DNA of 64,000 nt from Escherichia coli (GTDB lineage: Bacteria; Pseudomonadota; Gammaproteobacteria; Enterobacterales; Enterobacteriaceae), in NCBI GenBank assembly GCA_002099625.1, contig GCA_002099625.1_4857.1, one strand, 5' to 3'. Below are positions 57,867-64,000 of this stretch, in pieces. The notes under the pieces are model-generated. The model was given only the letters and a program-made list of their open reading frames with translations, was not told the DNA's origin and ran no database searches. Both the position numbers and the translations under genes were made by a program. Within the stretch, counting starts at the first letter, position 1. Each line of letters opens with the position of its first letter.

Positions 57867-60800
57867 ATGAAAACGTATCCTTACGATCCTCGGGGTGTAA
57901 ATCCTGAGTGTCACTTCATCGAGGAACGTATCATCGACTCCGACAATCCTAACGATCGGGTGGTGATGCTAGATCATCGCCCGTTTTTCGAAGGATTGGT
58001 GGTAAGGCTCGCCGGCTCGTCCATACCGCTTACCCGCGGGACGGACTATGAGCTGGAGTATGCTTTAACACCGTTGGACGACTCGGTGACGACCCCGGTG
58101 TTTTGCGGGGTGCATCTTATTAACCCTAAACTGCGTGGTGCGGTGGTCTTTGAAGGCCAGATGCTCGGGGGTACGTTTTACAGTGGTTTGATTGAGATGT
58201 TGGATGAGCTAGTTAAGGCACTCAACAATCCAACGGCTGCAGATTGGCTGCTTTTAGGTAATCGTCCTTCCCTGTACCCAGCCACTCCTGCAGCGGTAGC
58301 TTGGTCAGACATGCTGAATAAAAAGTATGTTGCCTCTGCAGTGCATGATGTGGAGTTAGATGCCGGGGCGGCCAACGAGCAGATCCGTGAAAAGCTTACT
58401 GAGCTGAAAGATGCGGTTTTGGGCTTAGGAACTGAAATCGCCACATTTAACTACCCCGGACACATTGCGTCCACTAACCCTCATGGGACTACCGCGGCGC
58501 AGGCCGGTGCGCATCCTGTCAACCTGAAAACGCCAGATACTTTCCTGGCGTATGGAAAGACGTTGCGTCAGTTAACCAACGAGGTCCGTGCACTGGGTCT
58601 GCAACAATCGGATATCGACAAGTACATTTCTAAATGGGTGTCGAAAGAATCCAAAGGGGTGTTTAATGCGACGATATCCGGTACTCGTGCCCTGTTCCGT
58701 TCTCCTGCTGGTGAATCCGAAATTGTGTTCTCTGCTGAGGCATTCACTCTTAAATCTAATGGCTCTGTTGTGTTGGCGTGTGGGTATGCCGACACTACTG
58801 GAACCGTCCGGTTTATGGAGTGGAAAGCAGGCATCAATACATTACGTATTGAGTCGACTGGCAGTGCCTTGGGGATGGATAAGCTGACGCTTAATGGTAC
58901 GACGTTACTGACCACAACTGCTCTCATGGGCTATCAACAAGACCCTGGTACCAGCGGTGGTACCGTTGACCCGGATGACAACAAACTGTACATTAGCGGG
59001 GTGAACGGCATTACTTTCACGGGTAAAGGGTCAAAAGCCGATCCCGTCACCGGGAAGGTCACAGCCAAACCCGCGACGACCTCTGAACCTGGCGTTGTGA
59101 CGTTGACCGATAAGCCGAGCGATGTAGTCAAAGGACAAGCAGCCACCCCGGCTTCGCTCTTACCATACGAGGGTGATCTGTCTTCGTACGTCAGGAAGAC
59201 AACGCTGCTGAATAACCAGCCGATGGACACCGGTAGCCGAACGCTAACGAAAAAGGATTTGGGTCTGGACTTGGCTGATAACACAGCTGACGTCGATAAA
59301 CCACTTTCTGATGCGTTGGCAGAAGCAGTTACCGATCTTAGTGATAAAGGTCACCATCACAACTTCGCCGATTTACAGATCCCAACGGCTTCTCAAACAG
59401 TTCCCGGTATCGCTCGATATTCTACCAACCTAAATAGCTTGTCGGATAATCGCGGCGTTACCCCGAACGTACTGAACGATTTGTCAAAACGTTTAGACGT
59501 AGTTGCAGCTGCGCTAGCAAACGCGAAAGAGGACACCGTGACCGATTTTGCCGCTGTGCGCGGTAAGACTTGGACTGTGGGATCTACACGTACCACAGTC
59601 GCCGTAACGGATTTGAATTATTTCTATCTGTTAAATGGTGCACGTAAAGAGGGGACGGTATCTGGTTCGATAGACCTGCAAACCACACCGATGTTCCAGT
59701 GGTTCTCTCCAGATAACCGTATGGAAAGAACGTGGCAGAACGCGGTAATTAATACCGGTGCCGGTATTGATTTTAGTGGGTTTGAGGTTGCCGTCCCGGA
59801 AACGAACTACGGTGCGCAGATTGGTTTAACGACAACCGGAATGGGTGATTTGTCAGTCGTTAACCTCTTGGCGAAAACGTGGGTTCGTTGCGACTCTGGT
59901 AAGCTGCGGATTTGGGTTCGTGGCGGTGGTGCTGTTTCTGTTTATCTGGACGGTGAAATTATCGGTGCGGGTATTACAGAAGCGGGGTATCTGGAGGCGA
60001 CTGTCAAGGAGGGATGGAAGCAACACTGCTTAGCGTTCCGTGCAGAGTGTAACGATAGCGCTAAAGCGGCTGCAATCCGTTTCACAATCTACGACGGTGA
60101 CTTTGCGGTTGGGGCCTCTGATAAAAACACCAAGGTTGCTCGCCTTCAGGAGTTTGTTAAGACTCCGAACGGTTTAAGGCATTACCTTTACGTGAACATG
60201 ATAACCGATGCGTTATATTCACGCGCCGAACCTATTGTGGACACGGAAGGTATTAACCTGGAACGTGGGTATATCGGCCACATTGATGTCCCTGACGCGG
60301 GATTGGTTGCAGGCACGACTTACGAGTTTGAAACGACATTTGATTTTGGCATGGCGTCCGAACTTAAACGGCACTTCGAAACACGTCTAGCACACGGGGT
60401 GAGTAACACCGACTGGTCGTTGACGGATAACCCGAAAATGCTGCCGTTGAATAAGGTTGATCCATTACCTAAACAATGGCTGTATGCGTATCCAACTAAC
60501 CCGTCTGTATCTGGGGATAACCTCGTTCGTTTAGATCGTGGGTTATTTGATTATAAATTCGTAAGTGCCACCTCGCTCAGGATTCTTCTTGCGGCGGTTG
60601 TTTCCACTGAAAACGCGTCCCCGTATTGCTGGTTTACACCAAGCAACCCGAAAGAAAATGGAATGGCGACATTCGAGGGTTCGGTGGTAATCGACACTGA
60701 TTATCCTGAAGTCCCAAAAACCTCGGACGTCGAAGTTTCATTAAACTTCATGGCCCCTTCTGCTGATGGGAAAGGTAAAACCAGAGTCCTGCGGTGGAGT

Positions 60801-61997
60801 AACTCCCACACCAGTTTAAACTGCGGCTTTATTGCTGCGCCGTACGATAAACCAACCGGAAGAATTGCCACCACACAATCCAGCGTTACTAATACGCTGG
60901 TTGATGCTCCTCGTGTAATCAAGAGCGTGGATGTTCAGTCGCCTGACTGTTTAGACTATCTCCCGGTTTCAATCGCTAGCGAGTTCGCAGCCATTGGTTC
61001 GCGCTGGCTTATTCGTTATCGCTATATTGTTGATACGCAGATACTGCGAATATCGTCGATTAGTAAGATAGGTGGGCAGGCTTCGGCGACTGTTCGTGAG
61101 ATAGAATACGACATTCCGTTTGACGCGATTGATTATTTTAAAGGTGGCGCTTTATCGATTGGTGTTACTGGCCTCGAAACTGGTGAAGGCGTCACAATCA
61201 ACCACGGTTTGATGGACCCTTCCACAACAGAAGTGGATTTAAATCGTTTCCATTATCTACGCTCGCTATTTGAGTCGTATATTGAGCGTTCTCCGGACAG
61301 CCAGTCTTCTGGGCATGAGGAGATGTCGATATCAACCGTCGCGTTCGCGAACTTTGGAGATAACGTCGATAACCCGGTTACGGAATACATCACGATGTCT
61401 GCTGCAAGTGAGGGTTATCCGGAACTTGCACCGAACGGTAAACTCCCCGCACCGTTTTACAAAGGGCTGCAGAAACGTGGTGCTCCGCTACTTGAGTCGG
61501 CTCCTGCAGACTATACGTCTAACGGTGGTGAATGGAAGTACGGCTTTATGCGGGCTTATCGCCCAACTCAAAATGAGCGTTTTGTGTCGGTAAATGGGAC
61601 AATGCTCTCTAACTACCCTGGATATATCATCGTGGGTAGTGAGAAAATTCCGGGTAATGTTATACCTTTCAGTGCATCGACAACAGCTGTTCAGATATCT
61701 GGGACTCTTGCCCGCACGAAACCGATGCAGCCAATTCACATCGTGTTCGTGCCTCCGGAAGGTTCTGTGCCGCCGCTGCAAGCGAAGTTCACTATTAACG
61801 GTGTGGGTAGTAGTGGTAATCCGATGTTCGTGATTACTGAAACGACACCGGTGGAACTTCGCACGGGTGGCGAGACGATTCTCATTGAGAAGCGTAATCC
61901 ATTCCACATCCCCACCAGGACATGGGATTGGATTTTACAAACGTTGGATACTGAACGTAGAAACGAAGGCAACAACTCGGGTGAGTGGGCCTCTTAG
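57867..61997 (+). CDS. Large hypothetical virion protein (1376 aa), tail-fibre-like
   Basis: Long ORF 12 nt after the previous one, AAGGAG RBS; followed by tandem hairpins. Confidence 0.65.
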   Translation: MKTYPYDPRGVNPECHFIEERIIDSDNPNDRVVMLDHRPFFEGLVVRLAGSSIPLTRGTDYELEYALTPLDDSVTTPVFCGVHLINPKLRGAVVFEGQMLGGTFYSGLIEMLDELVKALNNPTAADWLLLGNRPSLYPATPAAVAWSDMLNKKYVASAVHDVELDAGAANEQIREKLTELKDAVLGLGTEIATFNYPGHIASTNPHGTTAAQAGAHPVNLKTPDTFLAYGKTLRQLTNEVRALGLQQSDIDKYISKWVSKESKGVFNATISGTRALFRSPAGESEIVFSAEAFTLKSNGSVVLACGYADTTGTVRFMEWKAGINTLRIESTGSALGMDKLTLNGTTLLTTTALMGYQQDPGTSGGTVDPDDNKLYISGVNGITFTGKGSKADPVTGKVTAKPATTSEPGVVTLTDKPSDVVKGQAATPASLLPYEGDLSSYVRKTTLLNNQPMDTGSRTLTKKDLGLDLADNTADVDKPLSDALAEAVTDLSDKGHHHNFADLQIPTASQTVPGIARYSTNLNSLSDNRGVTPNVLNDLSKRLDVVAAALANAKEDTVTDFAAVRGKTWTVGSTRTTVAVTDLNYFYLLNGARKEGTVSGSIDLQTTPMFQWFSPDNRMERTWQNAVINTGAGIDFSGFEVAVPETNYGAQIGLTTTGMGDLSVVNLLAKTWVRCDSGKLRIWVRGGGAVSVYLDGEIIGAGITEAGYLEATVKEGWKQHCLAFRAECNDSAKAAAIRFTIYDGDFAVGASDKNTKVARLQEFVKTPNGLRHYLYVNMITDALYSRAEPIVDTEGINLERGYIGHIDVPDAGLVAGTTYEFETTFDFGMASELKRHFETRLAHGVSNTDWSLTDNPKMLPLNKVDPLPKQWLYAYPTNPSVSGDNLVRLDRGLFDYKFVSATSLRILLAAVVSTENASPYCWFTPSNPKENGMATFEGSVVIDTDYPEVPKTSDVEVSLNFMAPSADGKGKTRVLRWSNSHTSLNCGFIAAPYDKPTGRIATTQSSVTNTLVDAPRVIKSVDVQSPDCLDYLPVSIASEFAAIGSRWLIRYRYIVDTQILRISSISKIGGQASATVREIEYDIPFDAIDYFKGGALSIGVTGLETGEGVTINHGLMDPSTTEVDLNRFHYLRSLFESYIERSPDSQSSGHEEMSISTVAFANFGDNVDNPVTEYITMSAASEGYPELAPNGKLPAPFYKGLQKRGAPLLESAPADYTSNGGEWKYGFMRAYRPTQNERFVSVNGTMLSNYPGYIIVGSEKIPGNVIPFSASTTAVQISGTLARTKPMQPIHIVFVPPEGSVPPLQAKFTINGVGSSGNPMFVITETTPVELRTGGETILIEKRNPFHIPTRTWDWILQTLDTERRNEGNNSGEWAS

Positions 61998-62075
61998 GAC
62001 GGACTGCCTACGGGCGGGTAGTCCGTAGGTAAACCGCCCTTCCGTTATTGGGAGGGCGGTCTCCGTTTTATTACA
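61998..62075 (+). terminator. Tandem hairpins with T-run after the 1376-aa gene
   Basis: ACGGACT / AGTCCGT and ACCGCCCT / AGGGCGGT stems, then CTCCGTTTTATT. Confidence 0.5.
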
Positions 62076-62092
62076 GATTAGGAGTGTTTGCA

Positions 62093-64000
62093 ATGCCGAG
62101 AGAAGATGCGGCGCAGTTTAACGGTACCCTCAGTACCGCTACTTACCCGAACCGTTATTCGACGGTCATTCCCGTCGAAGCACCGTTCTATCGCATCGGG
62201 TTAACGTTAACCGTTACCGATAAAACAACCGGAACCAAACGCAAGTTAATAGAAGGTCTTGATTATTTCTTAGGACATTACTTCCAGGAATTAGCCGAGG
62301 CTGAGAACGATGCAATATACGGCAGCATAATGCTGCTGAACGCCACAGAGGTAGAATACGAGTTGTTGTCGGTTGGTCGACAGTATCGCATCCCTGCTTC
62401 TGAAATCGGCAAGTATCTGGTTAAGACGGATATGAAAGACCCACGCAACTGCGATTGGTCTGAGCTGATGAAATATCCGCCGATTATCTCGCCAATCGAC
62501 CCGCCAAAAGATCTCGAAGAAGCCATCCTTCGCGATGAGATTGTAAAGGCGCTGGAAGATATCCGACTGGGCATTTTAGAACGTGCCCACGAACTGGATG
62601 AGGCTTTTGCCGAAGTTACCGATTTGATTTATCAGAACGGTAAAAAGGTGTTTGATGACGAAATGTATCAACACCATCTGATTAAAAATGCACATGGTTA
62701 CACCTGTGGCGATATCGGTGCACTCCCTGTGCTCGGTAAGGCCGTGGATGCGACTAAGGCGTTTGGACGTACACTGGCAGAGTTAGTGACGCTAATGTCT
62801 ACCAGCGGTATCCAACAGAAACATGTTGACATGCTTCTGGATAATACCCTGGGTGATTTACTGGGCCGTATGCGTGTTCTGAATAACGACGCGATTACGT
62901 TCCAAACAACGTCTGGCCACGTTATCAGCATGAAGGGTGAGAAGTTCATCATCACCTCGACAAAACCGCTGGTATTAAAAGCTGACCAGGATAACAACGA
63001 ACCGGGTATCGCTACGGAGTTCAGTGCTGGTCTGAACACGCTTTGGGTTCACTCGGGTAAAGCAGGTGACAAGTGGGGCGCTTATGATGCAGGTGTGCTT
63101 GCTCCTGTGTATAACAGCGTCTATCTCGTTACACCGGATATGGTTAAGATGTACTTGACCTCGGTGAAGATACTTCCAGCAAACGCCTACTTCAAGTCCA
63201 GCGACACGTTGAAGATTTACGGCTCTGGTAAAGAAACAAACAAAGTTTACATGAATGCGGAACTGCCTGCAGCAACCACAACTGTGCAGGGCTTGTTTGC
63301 GATTACTAACCTTTCGGCGTCCGCTGCAGCGTCCACAGCGATTTCCCAAAAAGCTGTTACTGACTTGAAGAACAAACTAGACGGATATGTGGACGACACG
63401 TATACGGTCAATGGTAAAGGGTTTGTGTTAGACGAAAACGGTCAAATGCATTTAACATTAACCGCGTCGGATTTCGGTATTGAGAAGATGAACAATACCG
63501 GACCGCTGGAGAAACCGGTTACTAATGCGTTGCGCACCGTGCTATCAGGCAAGGCACTCTCAACACACACCCACACCATTGCTGATCTCGATAACGTGCC
63601 GTACGCATCCACGTCTGTTACAGGTTTGGCTAAACTGTGGGATGCTATTGACACCACAACAGATAAGATGGTTACTGCCCGCCAGGGTTTCTTGCTCGAA
63701 CAGAAAATCGGTACACTGAATGACAAGATTGCTACGTTGTTGCCGGCATGGACCGTTGGCGGATCATCGTACGGCAACAATAACTTCTTGCCTATACCTG
63801 TCCAGGGGAACTACGAAGGGTACACCAAAAACCAAACTTGGCAAAAAGGACTGGCGCGTTACGAGGCTGGTAAGGTTTACTCGTTGCGTAATGGTTCCAA
63901 CGGGAACCCGCCAGGTGACTGGGCTATCTATTACGCCTATGCTGATGTGTCGCCAAGCAATACGCTGGAAAATATGCAGCAGACGTCCGTACGTTATCAC
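62093..64000 (+). CDS. Large hypothetical virion protein (5-prime partial view, continues past window end)
   Basis: ATG at 62093 with AGGAG RBS; open by eye over 636 codons to the window end; absent from the ORF track because no stop falls in the window. Confidence 0.6.
   Translation, partial: MPREDAAQFNGTLSTATYPNRYSTVIPVEAPFYRIGLTLTVTDKTTGTKRKLIEGLDYFLGHYFQELAEAENDAIYGSIMLLNATEVEYELLSVGRQYRIPASEIGKYLVKTDMKDPRNCDWSELMKYPPIISPIDPPKDLEEAILRDEIVKALEDIRLGILERAHELDEAFAEVTDLIYQNGKKVFDDEMYQHHLIKNAHGYTCGDIGALPVLGKAVDATKAFGRTLAELVTLMSTSGIQQKHVDMLLDNTLGDLLGRMRVLNNDAITFQTTSGHVISMKGEKFIITSTKPLVLKADQDNNEPGIATEFSAGLNTLWVHSGKAGDKWGAYDAGVLAPVYNSVYLVTPDMVKMYLTSVKILPANAYFKSSDTLKIYGSGKETNKVYMNAELPAATTTVQGLFAITNLSASAAASTAISQKAVTDLKNKLDGYVDDTYTVNGKGFVLDENGQMHLTLTASDFGIEKMNNTGPLEKPVTNALRTVLSGKALSTHTHTIADLDNVPYASTSVTGLAKLWDAIDTTTDKMVTARQGFLLEQKIGTLNDKIATLLPAWTVGGSSYGNNNFLPIPVQGNYEGYTKNQTWQKGLARYEAGKVYSLRNGSNGNPPGDWAIYYAYADVSPSNTLENMQQTSVRYH

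Overview
This window reads as a densely packed (about 90% coding) segment of a lytic jumbo phage of the phiKZ-like type infecting an enterobacterial host; GC content appears near 48% by eye. The identification rests on a truncated minus-strand gene at 1..981 whose product aligns by eye to the N-terminal clamp region of bacterial RNA polymerase beta-prime, followed by a 2373-aa virion protein with a C-terminal lytic transglycosylase (SLT) domain. Coordinates 1011..10977 and 54141..64000 carry plus-strand genes for very large presumed virion proteins. Between them lies a long minus-strand block with nucleotide-metabolism and DNA-transaction genes (an E. coli-like thymidylate synthase with two insertions, an RNase HI fusion, a DEDDh exonuclease, a possible UvsX-like recombinase, an SbcC/Rad50-like ATPase), plus a secreted SLT enzyme, a spanin-like pair, a TARG1-like macro-domain protein and a DUF1471-like protein. 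Most genes end in a stereotyped hairpin terminator, often with a CGAA loop and often bidirectional. No rRNA, tRNA, CRISPR array, integrase or transposase was seen. The most unusual loci are a string of five translationally coupled micro-genes for single-helix membrane peptides downstream of the SbcC-like ATPase, a cluster of four secreted Cys-containing proteins each preceded by AATCGACTAT, a recurring near-palindrome TAGATAATATCTA, and the macro-domain gene. All calls are from reading the sequence and the ORF track; no database search was run. The ORF track appears to use alternative start codons, so several starts were re-picked by RBS and homology and remain approximate.
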